Below, one piece after another: positions 51,932 to 61,474 of a DNA stretch of 64,000 nt. This stretch comes from Candidatus Falkowbacteria bacterium. GTDB taxonomy: Bacteria > Patescibacteriota > Patescibacteriia > JAACEG01. Numbering within the stretch: position 1 is the first letter of the stretch; every line of letters begins with the position of its first letter. The notes below the pieces were generated by a model. The model was not told the origin of the DNA, made no database searches, and worked only from the letters and a program-made list of their open reading frames with translations. The position numbers were made by a program, and so were the translations under genes. The stretch covers positions 64 to 64,063 of the forward strand of contig JABIDK010000005.1 of assembly GCA_018651725.1 (NCBI GenBank), read 5' to 3'.

Positions 51932-52627
51932 ATGTTAAAAGTTAAATTTGATCAATTCGAAGGACCTCTTGATCTTTTACTGAAATTAATCAAAAATGAA
52001 AAGTTGGACATAACTCAAATATCGTTAGTTCATATTACGGATCAATATTTAAGTTATGTTGGGAAAATAGAGAAAATAGCCCCTCAAGAAGTGGCTGATT
52101 TTTTATTAGTAGCCGCTAAGCTCTTGCATTTAAAGTCCAAAGTTTTATTGCCGGAGATAGAAGACGAAGAAGACGAAGAAGATTTTTTAAAGCAAATTAA
52201 AATTTATAAAGAATATCTTGATGCCTCTAAAAAAATAAATAAAATTTTAAATAAAAAAAGATTTTTATTTTCCAGAAACAGTAATATAAAAAAACAAGTA
52301 TTTTTTTCTCCACCAAAAATGATTACCACAGAAAAAATAAAAGAAGTTTTTAATGATTTTCTTGCTAGGTTTATAAAAGATGTTGACAATATAGAAGAAG
52401 ATAAAATAACAAGAAGAATTTCTATTCAAGATAAAATAAAAGAAATAAATCACTTGATAAAAAATAAAAAACAGTTTATTCTAAATTATATTTTCAACTC
52501 TTCCACTCCCAAGGAAGAAAAGGTGGTTAGTTTTTTAGCTGTTTTGGAAATAGTCAGAAAAGGAGAAGTCTTAGTCGGTCAAAAAGAGCTATTTTCCGAA
52601 ATTGTAGTTGCTAGACCTGTTACATAA
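51932..52627 (+). CDS. scpA: segregation and condensation protein A
   Basis: FEGPLDLLL.LI...LDI, ITDQYL, FLAVLE, Q.ELFSEI. Confidence 0.96.
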   Translation: MLKVKFDQFEGPLDLLLKLIKNEKLDITQISLVHITDQYLSYVGKIEKIAPQEVADFLLVAAKLLHLKSKVLLPEIEDEEDEEDFLKQIKIYKEYLDASKKINKILNKKRFLFSRNSNIKKQVFFSPPKMITTEKIKEVFNDFLARFIKDVDNIEEDKITRRISIQDKIKEINHLIKNKKQFILNYIFNSSTPKEEKVVSFLAVLEIVRKGEVLVGQKELFSEIVVARPVT

Positions 52628-52771
52628 TAAGCTATTACTGCAATCCCCATATTTTGGTAAATTTCTTTGTAAAATTTTTGCTTATGCCTTAGTATAGGCC
52701 AAAAATTTTACAAAGAAATTTCCTCAAAATCTGGAAATTTTGTAATATAGCTTATTATGTAATAGATCTAG
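52611..52771. mobile_element. MITE-like palindromic element flanked by CTAG
   Basis: Ends TAGACCTGTTACATAATAAGCTAT / ATAGCTTATTATGTAATAGATCTA; perfect inner 22-bp arms; no ORF. Confidence 0.7.
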
Positions 52772-52786
52772 TAAACATTAATTTTT

Positions 52787-53335
52787 ATGCAAAATTTAAA
52801 ATCAAAAATTGAAAGTCTTTTATTTGTTTCCGGCAAGTCTTTATCAGCAGGAAAAATCGCTAGGTTTGTGGAAGAAGAAAAAAGCTTAGTTAAAAAAGTC
52901 TTAAAAGAACTTACAGAAGAATATAAAAACAGTAATCGCGGAATAACTATAGTTAAAAATTTAATGAGTTTTGAGATGACTACCAGTTCAGAGAACTCTG
53001 AAATTGTAAAAGAGTTTTTAAAGGATGAAACTTCCGGAGAATTAACCGGACCATCTCTTGAAACTTTGACAGTTATTGCTTATCGCGGACCAATCTCGAA
53101 ACCGGAACTTGAACAGATTAGAGGAGTAAATTGCAGTTTGATTTTAAGAAATTTAACAATAAGAGGTTTGGTCGTAGTAAAAAATAAAAATGACCTTGAA
53201 GATAAAGAAAAAATATTATTATCAAACGAAAAATATTATATTATTACATCGGAGTTTTTAAAATTTCTAGGCATCAGCTCCGTAGAGGATTTGCCTGATT
53301 ACGAAAAGTTAAGTCAAGAAAATTTTGAAAATTAG
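52787..53335 (+). CDS. scpB: segregation and condensation protein B
   Basis: IESLLFVSG, LETL.VIAYRGPISK.ELEQIRGV, FL..LG....DLP. Confidence 0.96.
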   Translation: MQNLKSKIESLLFVSGKSLSAGKIARFVEEEKSLVKKVLKELTEEYKNSNRGITIVKNLMSFEMTTSSENSEIVKEFLKDETSGELTGPSLETLTVIAYRGPISKPELEQIRGVNCSLILRNLTIRGLVVVKNKNDLEDKEKILLSNEKYYIITSEFLKFLGISSVEDLPDYEKLSQENFEN

Positions 53336-53346
53336 AAATTTTGCCT

Positions 53347-54210
53347 ATGCCCTACATTTTAATTTTAGCGATATTTTTAAACGCCTTGATCCCTGTAAAT
53401 ACTCAAGATACAAGTGAGCTTCCTTCTAAAATTAACAGTGAGAGTGTGGGAATTTCAGTAACAGCTAAAAGTGCACTAGTAATAGATAAAAAAAGTAATA
53501 AAATATTGTTTTCAAAAAATAAAGACAAAGTTTTATCTATTGCCAGTATTACAAAGCTGATGTCAGCTTTGGTTTTGTTAGATCGAAATTTAGATTGGTC
53601 AGATCATGTTGTAATAGAAAAGCAAGATAGAAAAGAAGGAGGACGAATTTATTTAGGCTATGGAGAAACAGTTACAGTAGAAGATTTATTTAATTTAGGG
53701 TTGATTGCTTCAGACAACCAAGCTATAACCGCGTTAGTAAGAGCAAGTGGATTAACAGAAGATGAGTTTGTTGATTTAATGAATGAAAAATCTTTAGAGA
53801 TTCAAATGAAAAACAGTAAATTCTTTGATCCCACCGGACTTGATCCGCGTAATGTTTCAACTTCTTTAGATTTGGTTATACTTGCTAAAGAAGTTTTCGA
53901 GAGAGAGGAGCTAACAAACATATTAAGCAAAAAAGAGTATTCTTTAAAAGAAATTAAAACAAAAAGATTTATTAGGATTTTTTCCACCAATAAATTTTTC
54001 GATTTTACAGATAAAAAAAGTGAATATTTACTGCTAGCCGGTAAAACAGGATATTTAGATGAAGCAGGTTATTGTTTTTTATCGCAATTTAAAGATTCTC
54101 AAGGCAACGAAGTTATTACAGTTATCCTAGGGAGTAATAGTGGTAAAACACGCTTTCAAGAAACAAAAGGATTAATTTGGTGGATTTTTAATAATTGGAG
54201 TTGGGAGTAA
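53347..54210 (+). CDS. D-alanyl-D-alanine carboxypeptidase/endopeptidase (peptidase S11)
   Basis: ASITKLM (SxxK), SDN, DPTGLD, GKTG. Confidence 0.93.
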   Translation: MPYILILAIFLNALIPVNTQDTSELPSKINSESVGISVTAKSALVIDKKSNKILFSKNKDKVLSIASITKLMSALVLLDRNLDWSDHVVIEKQDRKEGGRIYLGYGETVTVEDLFNLGLIASDNQAITALVRASGLTEDEFVDLMNEKSLEIQMKNSKFFDPTGLDPRNVSTSLDLVILAKEVFEREELTNILSKKEYSLKEIKTKRFIRIFSTNKFFDFTDKKSEYLLLAGKTGYLDEAGYCFLSQFKDSQGNEVITVILGSNSGKTRFQETKGLIWWIFNNWSWE

Positions 54211-54295
54211 TGGTTGATTTATATTTATTTTTTTGATAAGATAATAATACAAAAGACGCAGTATTCAAGTATTCTAAATTCTATATTTTAAAAGC

Positions 54296-54790
54296 ATGTT
54301 TGATATAAATTTTGTTGAAACATTCAAGGGTCTTCCACCGGAAATTGCCACTTTCTTTATTTCCATGATACCGATTGCAGAGCTACGGGCTTCAATACCG
54401 ATTGCACTTACTGTCTATAAACTATCTATTTTTTCAGCAATATTTTTTTCTGTAATAGGAGAAATGATCCCGGTATTTTTAATTTTAACTGTATTACGGG
54501 GAGTATATTCTTTTGTCGAAAAGTATAATTTACCAGGCAAAAGATTATTTGATTGGTTTTTCAAAAGAACAAAACATAAATTTGAAGGTAAATATGAAAA
54601 ATATGGAAGTCTAGCCTTGATTTTATTTGTTGCCATACCACTTCCTTTTTCCGGAACTTGGTCCGGGTCTGTGGCAGCTTTTCTTTTTCGCATACCTTTT
54701 GTAAAAGCATTTTTATTAATTTTAACGGGTGTTATGTTGTCAGCTGGAATTGTTACTTTGTTAACTTTAGCCGGCGTGGCAATTTTTTAA
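54296..54790 (+). CDS. small multi-drug export family protein (COG2426)
   Basis: SMIPIAELRASIP, LFVAIPLP.SG.W.G. Confidence 0.88.
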   Translation: MFDINFVETFKGLPPEIATFFISMIPIAELRASIPIALTVYKLSIFSAIFFSVIGEMIPVFLILTVLRGVYSFVEKYNLPGKRLFDWFFKRTKHKFEGKYEKYGSLALILFVAIPLPFSGTWSGSVAAFLFRIPFVKAFLLILTGVMLSAGIVTLLTLAGVAIF

Positions 54791-54803
54791 AAATTATACT
54801 CTT

Positions 54804-55571
54804 ATGAAAAAAACTTACATTATTGCTAACTGGAAAATGCAACTGGGCGTGGAAAAAAGTGTAGAACTTTTTTCCCAAATTGTGTCAAATTTTCCGGAAA
54901 AAAATAAAACAGAGGTAGTTGTTTGCCCTGCTTATACTTCTCTTCAAAAAGTTAATGAATTAAATAAAGATAAGATAGTTAAGCTTGGTGCACAAGATGT
55001 TTTTTGGGAAGAATCCGGTGCTTATACCGGAGAAATTTCTTGTGAAATGTTAAAAGAAATTGGTTGTGAATATGTTATTATCGGTCATTCAGATAGAAGA
55101 AAATATTTTAAAGAAGATGATGAAATTATTCATCACAAAGCTAAAACAGCGCTGAAATGTTCTTTGGTTCCAATTGTATGTGTTGGAGAGACTTTTCAGG
55201 AGCGTCAAGAAGGCAGAAAAGATTATGCTATTATCAGTCAGGTGACAAAAGCCCTTTCCGGCATAAAGCCTGTTGGAAATAATAAAATAATTATTGCTTA
55301 TGAACCTGTTTGGGTGATAGGTTCCGGTCAGGCTATTAACGCTGAGGAAGCAGAGCATATGCATCAAGTTATCAGGCAAACTATTGTTGATTTATTCGGA
55401 GTAAGTATAATGGAAAAAAACTTTAAAATTATTTACGGTGGCAGTATAAGTAAAAAAATAGTTAAAACTTTTTTAATCCAGCCTAATATTGACGGAGTTT
55501 TAGTTGGAGGAGCCAGCCTAAAACCACAAGAATTCCTAGGAATAATAGAAGAAGCCATTAGTATTAAATAA
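54804..55571 (+). CDS. tpiA: triosephosphate isomerase
   Basis: ANWKM, GAYTGEIS, IGHSDRR, AYEPVW.IG.G, YGGS, LVGGASL. Confidence 0.99.
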   Translation: MKKTYIIANWKMQLGVEKSVELFSQIVSNFPEKNKTEVVVCPAYTSLQKVNELNKDKIVKLGAQDVFWEESGAYTGEISCEMLKEIGCEYVIIGHSDRRKYFKEDDEIIHHKAKTALKCSLVPIVCVGETFQERQEGRKDYAIISQVTKALSGIKPVGNNKIIIAYEPVWVIGSGQAINAEEAEHMHQVIRQTIVDLFGVSIMEKNFKIIYGGSISKKIVKTFLIQPNIDGVLVGGASLKPQEFLGIIEEAISIK

Positions 55572-55576
55572 AAACT

Positions 55577-56446
55577 ATGCTTGTCCATATAAAAGAAATA
55601 GTTCCGCATGCTAAAAAGCATGGTTATGCCATCGGAGCTTTTAATACATCTAACTTAGAGGTAACGCTTGCTATTATCAAGGCAGCGGTGACTAAACGGT
55701 CACCTGTTATCATCCAGGTCAGTGAATCTGCCATTCGTTACAGCGGATTAAAGGCTATTACTCATATCGTGGAAACTATTGCTAAAAATGAATCAGTCGA
55801 TGTACCGGTTGCTTTGCATCTTGATCATGGGAAAAGTTTTCATTCAATAGCAGAATGTATCAATGCTGGATTTTCTTCTATTATGATAGATGCCTCTGAT
55901 TTACCGTTTGATGAAAATATGTTTTTAACTAAAAGTGTTGTTGATTATTCACATAAAAGAGAAGCTTGGGTGCAAGGAGAAATTGGTAGACTAATCGGTG
56001 TCGAAGATGACATAGATATAAAAGCAAAAGATGCTCTTTGTACCGACCCCGATGATGCAAAAACTTTTGCGCAAGAAACAGGGGTCGATACACTGGCTGT
56101 TGCAGTCGGTCAATCACATGGAGCGGTTAATCTTCGGCAAGGAAAATCAGAAAAAATTAATATTAAACAACTTGAAAAAATAAATAAAAAAGTTAAAGTT
56201 CCTTTAGTGTTACACGGAGCCTCTGATATAGCTGAAAATCAAATTAAAGAAGCGGTTAAACTCGGTGTTTCAATAGTTAATATTGATACTGAAATTAGAA
56301 TGGCTTTTTCAAGGTCAATTAGAAAAGTTCTTAAGGAGAACAAAGACATGATAGACCCAAGAAAAATATTAACACCTGTTATGGATGAAATACAAAAGGT
56401 TGTTGAAAATAAAATAAAAATGTTCGGTAGTGAAAATAAAGCATAA
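55577..56446 (+). CDS. fba: class II fructose-bisphosphate aldolase
   Basis: GAFN, LHLDHG, SIMIDAS, GEIG, G.SHG, LVLHGAS, NIDT. Confidence 0.97.
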   Translation: MLVHIKEIVPHAKKHGYAIGAFNTSNLEVTLAIIKAAVTKRSPVIIQVSESAIRYSGLKAITHIVETIAKNESVDVPVALHLDHGKSFHSIAECINAGFSSIMIDASDLPFDENMFLTKSVVDYSHKREAWVQGEIGRLIGVEDDIDIKAKDALCTDPDDAKTFAQETGVDTLAVAVGQSHGAVNLRQGKSEKINIKQLEKINKKVKVPLVLHGASDIAENQIKEAVKLGVSIVNIDTEIRMAFSRSIRKVLKENKDMIDPRKILTPVMDEIQKVVENKIKMFGSENKA

Positions 56447-56450
56447 AAAT

Positions 56451-57344
56451 ATGTACGATATTATTCCATTTTCAATTATAATTATAAGTTTAGCGATAAT
56501 TTTATTTATTGTGGTTAGAAAATTCCCAGCTCTTTCCTCCGTTGATATTGATTCTTTGTCAGAAGAAAAGCAAAGTAAGCTTCATGAGCAAATAGTAATA
56601 AGCAGAATAAAAAACAGATTTAAGAAAATAGTTAGTTCCAAAAAAATCTCTTTTTTAACAAAGCCAGGTATTTTTTTGAAAAATAATTTTAGATTGTTAT
56701 ATAAAAAGCTTTTAAATTTAGAAAAGAAATATAAGTTTTCTAAAACAAAAATCAAAGAAATTACAGATAAAGAGATATATAAAAGAGAAGACGCCTTGAC
56801 TGAAGCGCAAACTTTATTGAAAGATAACAACCTTGATTTGGCTGAGAAAAAATTTGTTGAAGCTTTAAATTTGGATCCTCAAAACATAAAAGCCTATGAA
56901 GGACTTAGTGAAATCTATATGAAGTTAGATCAAGACGACCAGGCAATTGAGGTCTTAAATCATATAATAAAAATAGAAGAAAATAATAGCCAAGCGTATT
57001 TTAAATTAGGACAAATAAATTTTAATCAAGGAGACATTAAAGAAGCAAGAGAATATTATTTAAAGGCTGTTAAATTTAAGCCACATTATCCTCCAATATT
57101 ACTCGCCCTTGCTAATGTTTGTCAGTCGCTTGAATTTAATGAGGAAGCTTTGTCTTACTTAAAAGAGGCAGTCACCATAGAGTCTGGAAATCCAAAATAT
57201 TTAGACAGATTAATAGAGCTTAGTATTATTTTAAAAGATAAAAATTTAGCTGAAACTAGTTTAAGTAAACTGAAAGAAATAAATCCTGAAAATAAAAAAA
57301 TAAACGAGTATAAAGATAAAATAGAGAATAAACTTGTTACATAA
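56451..57344 (+). CDS. membrane-anchored TPR protein
   Basis: N-terminal TM; repeated A...Y..AL.LDP.N..AY..L motifs. Confidence 0.88.
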   Translation: MYDIIPFSIIIISLAIILFIVVRKFPALSSVDIDSLSEEKQSKLHEQIVISRIKNRFKKIVSSKKISFLTKPGIFLKNNFRLLYKKLLNLEKKYKFSKTKIKEITDKEIYKREDALTEAQTLLKDNNLDLAEKKFVEALNLDPQNIKAYEGLSEIYMKLDQDDQAIEVLNHIIKIEENNSQAYFKLGQINFNQGDIKEAREYYLKAVKFKPHYPPILLALANVCQSLEFNEEALSYLKEAVTIESGNPKYLDRLIELSIILKDKNLAETSLSKLKEINPENKKINEYKDKIENKLVT

Positions 57345-57348
57345 TTTT

Positions 57349-58047
57349 ATGCAGAAAGATTTTACAAAGTTAGAGAAAATTTTAGGAGTTAAATTTAAGG
57401 AAAAAGATTTGTTACACCAAGCTTTTGTTCATCGTTCATATTTGAATGAGAATCCAAAGTTTAAACTTGGGCATAATGAAAGATTGGAATTTTTAGGAGA
57501 CGCTGTTTTAGAATTGGCTGTCACAGAGTATTTATTTAAAAAATTTCCAAATGAAGACGAAGGCAGACTCACTAATCTAAGGGCCAGTATGGTCAATACT
57601 AATATGTTGGCGATACTGTCTGATGAACTTGGATTGAATAACTTTTTATTATTAAGCAAAGGAGAGTCAAAAGACGAAAATAAAAAAGCGCGTGAATCTA
57701 TTTTAGCTAATGTGTTTGAGGCAACGTTAGGAGCGGTTTATTTAGATCAAGGTTTTAAAGTAGCACAAAAGTTTTTAAATAAAATTTTTGATAAAAAAAT
57801 CCCTTATATTGTTAAAGAGGAACTTTACTTGGACCCAAAAAGTAGATTTCAAGAAATTTCTCAAGAAAAGTGCGCTGTTACCCCTCATTATAATGTTTTA
57901 AAAGAAGAAGGTCCTGATCACGATAAAATTTTTACAATCGGGGTTTACATAGGAGAAGATCTTATTGCTAAAGCCAAGGGCAGTAGTAAGCAAATAGCAC
58001 AAGTGGAAGCAGCTAAAAAAGGACTAAAGAAAAAGAGATGGAGCTAA
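57349..58047 (+). CDS. rnc: ribonuclease III
   Basis: HRSY, NERLEFLGDAVL, FEA..GA.YLDQG, dsRBD GPDH.K.F. Confidence 0.99.
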   Translation: MQKDFTKLEKILGVKFKEKDLLHQAFVHRSYLNENPKFKLGHNERLEFLGDAVLELAVTEYLFKKFPNEDEGRLTNLRASMVNTNMLAILSDELGLNNFLLLSKGESKDENKKARESILANVFEATLGAVYLDQGFKVAQKFLNKIFDKKIPYIVKEELYLDPKSRFQEISQEKCAVTPHYNVLKEEGPDHDKIFTIGVYIGEDLIAKAKGSSKQIAQVEAAKKGLKKKRWS

Positions 58048-58081
58048 AACATTTAAATATCTAAACATTTAAATAAAACTT

Positions 58082-59137
58082 ATGCATATTGACGATTTTT
58101 TTCGTATAGCTGTTAAAAAAAAGGCTTCTGATATTCATTTAGCAGCCGGTCAACCGCCAACTTTAAGGATTAACGGTATTTTACGCCATATTCCGGGATC
58201 TAAAGTTTTAACCCCGGCTGTTATTGAAGAGTTAACTTTTGATATGATTACCGAGAAGCAAAGAAAGAAATTTATCGAAAGTAAAGAGTTAGATGTTTCA
58301 TATGAAATTAGTAACTTGTCTCGTTTTAGAGTTAATTTGCATTACCAGAAAGGTAGTGTCGGCATGGTAGCCAGAGTTATTCCAACAACAATTCCAACAA
58401 TGAAAGATATTTTAATGCCTGAAATTATGTATGATTTGGCAAGAATGGATAGCGGGCTTGTGTTGATCACCGGTCCGACCGGTTGTGGAAAATCAACCTC
58501 TTTGGCAGCGATGATCGAGTTCATAAATAATGAAAGATCAGTTCATATGGTCACCTTGGAAGATCCGATTGAATTTATTTTTCTTTCAAAAAAAAGTTTG
58601 ATTATTCAGCGTCAGCTTCATACAGACATGCTTTCATTTGAAGATGCTCTAACGCACGTTTTAAGACAAGACCCGGATGTGGTTGTAGTGGGAGAGATGA
58701 GGAACCTAGAAACAATTGCCGCTGCTATTACTTTAGCTGAAACCGGTCATTTAGTGTTAGCAACCCTTCACACCCACAGCGCCGACCAAACAATAGATAG
58801 AATCATAGATATATTTCCGGCCCATCAACAAAACCAAATTCGATTACAGCTTTCTATGAGCTTAAGCGGTATTATGTCTCAAAAGTTAATCCCTGATATT
58901 AAAAATAGCAGAATTGCCGCCAGGGAAGTTTTAGTAAAAACTCCAGCTGTTGGAAATTTGATTAGAGAAAATAAAATAGCCCAAATAAAAACAGTAATTC
59001 AAACAAGCGCTCAACAAGGAATGTTCACTATGGATCAGCATCTAATTGATCTATATAAAAATGGAAAGATCTCTCTTGAAGTAGCTGAAGCTTATATCCT
59101 TGATAAGGAGATGGTTAATAGTAAATCAAGAAAATAG
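58082..59137 (+). CDS. pilT: type IV pilus retraction ATPase
   Basis: ASDIHL, TGPTGCGKST, TLEDPIE, LRQDPD...GEMR, AETGHLV.ATLHT, NLIRENK. Confidence 0.96.
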   Translation: MHIDDFFRIAVKKKASDIHLAAGQPPTLRINGILRHIPGSKVLTPAVIEELTFDMITEKQRKKFIESKELDVSYEISNLSRFRVNLHYQKGSVGMVARVIPTTIPTMKDILMPEIMYDLARMDSGLVLITGPTGCGKSTSLAAMIEFINNERSVHMVTLEDPIEFIFLSKKSLIIQRQLHTDMLSFEDALTHVLRQDPDVVVVGEMRNLETIAAAITLAETGHLVLATLHTHSADQTIDRIIDIFPAHQQNQIRLQLSMSLSGIMSQKLIPDIKNSRIAAREVLVKTPAVGNLIRENKIAQIKTVIQTSAQQGMFTMDQHLIDLYKNGKISLEVAEAYILDKEMVNSKSRK

Positions 59138-59179
59138 TAAAAAAGATTTATTCGTTACAGGATGTACAATTTACACAAA

Positions 59180-59211
59180 TAAAAAAACTCCGATTACCCG
59201 GAGTTTTTTTA
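59180..59211. terminator. bidirectional terminator
   Basis: AAAAAAACTCCG-attacc-CGGAGTTTTTT between convergent pilT and rplT. Confidence 0.85.
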
Positions 59212-59222
59212 TTTGTGTAAAT

Positions 59223-59567
59223 TTATTTAACCTTCTCAACGATTTTTTCAAAAATCTCAGGGTTGTTTTCTGCCAGGTCAGCCAGTATTTTTCTATCTAA
59301 ATCAATATTTTTTTCTTTTAATTTTCCAGCAAATACAGAATATGATAAACCTTGCTCTCTTGAAGCAGCGTTAATTTTAATTTGGGCCAGCCGTCTGAAA
59401 TTACTCTTTTTCTTTTTACGGTCAAAATAAGATCGCGCCCCGGCTTTGGTGGCGGCTGTTTTGGCAAGTCTAATTAAATTTTTTCTTCCCCATTTAAAAC
59501 CTTTAACTTTACTTAAAAGTTTTCTTCTTTTTTTAACATGGGTTGTTCCTCGTTTTACTCTAGGCAT
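59223..59567 (-). CDS. rplT: 50S ribosomal protein L20
   Basis: MPRVKRG, DRKKKK.NFR, INAA.R, LDRKILADLA. Confidence 0.99.
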   Translation of the reverse strand: MPRVKRGTTHVKKRRKLLSKVKGFKWGRKNLIRLAKTAATKAGARSYFDRKKKKSNFRRLAQIKINAASREQGLSYSVFAGKLKEKNIDLDRKILADLAENNPEIFEKIVEKVK

Positions 59568-59574
59568 ATGTTTT

Positions 59575-59766
59575 CTAATTCATTAATCTTTTAATAGTTT
59601 TAATTTCTTTTTTGTTAGTAATTGCTTTGTCTCTTCTTTTGTTTCGTGTGACTTTACTTGGTTCACGAGAGTTAAAGTGGTCTTGCCCCGCAGTTCTTTT
59701 TTTAATCTTGCCGGTTTTTGTTAACTTAAAACGTTTACTTGTTGATTTGTGTGTCTTTAGTTTCAT
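59575..59766 (-). CDS. rpmI: 50S ribosomal protein L35
   Basis: KLKTHKS..KRFK.T.TGK; located between infC and rplT. Confidence 0.97.
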   Translation of the reverse strand: MKLKTHKSTSKRFKLTKTGKIKKRTAGQDHFNSREPSKVTRNKRRDKAITNKKEIKTIKRLMN

Positions 59767-59770
59767 ATTT

Positions 59771-60331
59771 TTATATTTTTTGACTTATTATCACGGAAAA
59801 TCCGTTTCCTTTATATTTAATTGGTTCTTCCATTGTAATTTCTCGTTTTTCGTCTTTTTTTATTTCATTTATAAAATTTTGTATTATTTCTCTAGCAAGT
59901 GGTTTGTGCTGTTTTTCTCTTCCTCTTAAATTTAATTCTATCTTTACTTTATTTCCACTATCCAGGAATTTTTCCGCTTGCTTTCTTCTAAAATCTATAT
60001 CATGCTTTCCAATTCTAACTGAAAGCTTAATTCCTTTGGTCTCTGTTTTTTTCTGCAGAGCTTTTTGTTTTTGAGCCTCTCTTTGTTTTTTATATTGCAT
60101 TTTTCCGTAATCAACGATTTTCGCTACCGGCGGATCTTCTTTTGGTGAAACTTCAACTAAAGTAAATTCTTTTTCACGCGCTATTTCTATAGCCTTATGC
60201 GTATCCATAACACCTAAAAATTCTCCTGCTTCATCGATTAATTTAACCTGAGGAACTCTGATTTGTTCATTTATCCGATATCTTACCTCTTTAACCTGAT
60301 GTCTTTTAGATTTTCGTCTTGAATAACGCAT
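59771..60331 (-). CDS. infC: translation initiation factor IF-3
   Basis: INEQIR...V.LI, LVEVSP...PPVAKIVDYGK, GNKVK, RGRE. Confidence 0.98.
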   Translation of the reverse strand: MRYSRRKSKRHQVKEVRYRINEQIRVPQVKLIDEAGEFLGVMDTHKAIEIAREKEFTLVEVSPKEDPPVAKIVDYGKMQYKKQREAQKQKALQKKTETKGIKLSVRIGKHDIDFRRKQAEKFLDSGNKVKIELNLRGREKQHKPLAREIIQNFINEIKKDEKREITMEEPIKYKGNGFSVIISQKI

Positions 60332-60370
60332 TGTTTAGCTTTGCTAGCTTCACTAGCTTTGTTAGCTTTT
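60332..60370. repeat. degenerate 9-nt tandem repeat (TAGCTT core)
   Basis: tagctttgc tagcttcac tagctttgt tagctttt upstream of infC; same unit as at 21780. Confidence 0.75.
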
Positions 60371-60412
60371 AAATTGGTGGGACGCTTAGCGTCCCGATTA
60401 CCACACTAAGCG

Positions 60413-60827
60413 TGGTGGAGATGAGGGGACTTGCACCCCTGTCTGAAAAAGATTTAAAAAATGATCTACAAACTTAGTTTGTTTATAAGCCGAAGCTTAT
60501 TCAAAATATACTTTGTAAACAAACAAACTAGTATATTTCTATCTCTTTAAGATTTAAATTATATATTAAAGAGAAAAATATATAATCGATCCTGTGAATA
60601 TGACACCGAAAGATTCTTTAGACAGGAACTAAAGAAAACGATGCCGGTTGTCTTAAGCGACTACCGGAGCAAAGTTAGGAACTGCAAAAGCGTTAGCTAG
60701 AGCGTTCTTGGCTTTGTTGGCAATAGATTTTGCACTTAAAAGTTTGTTGAACAGTTTTACGAGTTATCCAACTTGCTCGGTTTGCCATTTTTTAAAGAAC
60801 ATTTTCCATCGAAGACTATACATCCCC
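60413..60827 (-). ncRNA. ssrA: tmRNA
   Basis: GGGGATG 5' end, CATCTCCACCA 3' end with G3-U70; tag ORF 60733-60653 AKSIANKAKNALANAFAVPNFAPVVA*; smpB directly upstream. Confidence 0.95.
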
Positions 60828-60917
60828 GTAACCATTTAAGCATATAAACATCTAAATATGATTTTAAAAAATAAAAACCGCCTTTCTTTCTTTAGGCTTG
60901 TTTAAATATTTAAATGT

Positions 60918-61364
60918 TTAAATACGCTTCATCCTTTCTTTGATTCTTCTGTCTATATCTCTTTTCTTGATTGTTTCTCGTTTTTCATACTTCTTTTTTC
61001 CTCTTGCCAGTCCGATTTCAACTTTTATCAAATTATTCTTAGTATATACTGAAATGGGGGTGATTGTCAAGCCTTCTGCCTCAATTTTACCCCTTAAACG
61101 ATTGATTTCCTTTTTATGCATTAAAAGCTTTCTTTTTCGTTCAGGGTTGTAGCTAACTTGTGATTTTTTAGCTGTTTTGTAAGGAGTTATATAAGCGTTA
61201 ACTAAAAAAGGCTCGTCGTTAGTAAATGTAACGAAACTTCCTTTTAAGCTTATCTGCTTTAGTTTAACTGATTTAACTTCAGCCCCCGAAAGCGCAATTC
61301 CTGCTTCCAGTTTCTCCAAAATCTCATAGTTAAACAAAGCTTTTTTATTTTTAGCTAAAACCAT
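60918..61364 (-). CDS. smpB: SsrA-binding protein
   Basis: NKKA.FNY, EAGIAL.G.EVKS, RKLL.HKKEI, ARGKK.YEKRE.IK. Confidence 0.99.
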   Translation of the reverse strand: MVLAKNKKALFNYEILEKLEAGIALSGAEVKSVKLKQISLKGSFVTFTNDEPFLVNAYITPYKTAKKSQVSYNPERKRKLLMHKKEINRLRGKIEAEGLTITPISVYTKNNLIKVEIGLARGKKKYEKRETIKKRDIDRRIKERMKRI

Positions 61365-61474
61365 ATAAAATCATCTTAACATTTTAACATCAATAAAATC
61401 AAGATTGTTTGCTTGAATTTGCAACGTGCATTTTTTGCACATTGCTTTTTGTCAATTTCTTTATTTTTAACTTC

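Noticed and set aside
60374-60412. att-site duplication of the tmRNA 3' end (TGGTGG)
   Set aside because: Only ~6 bp match; the segment is better explained as the GGGACGC/GCGTCCC hairpin after ssrA.
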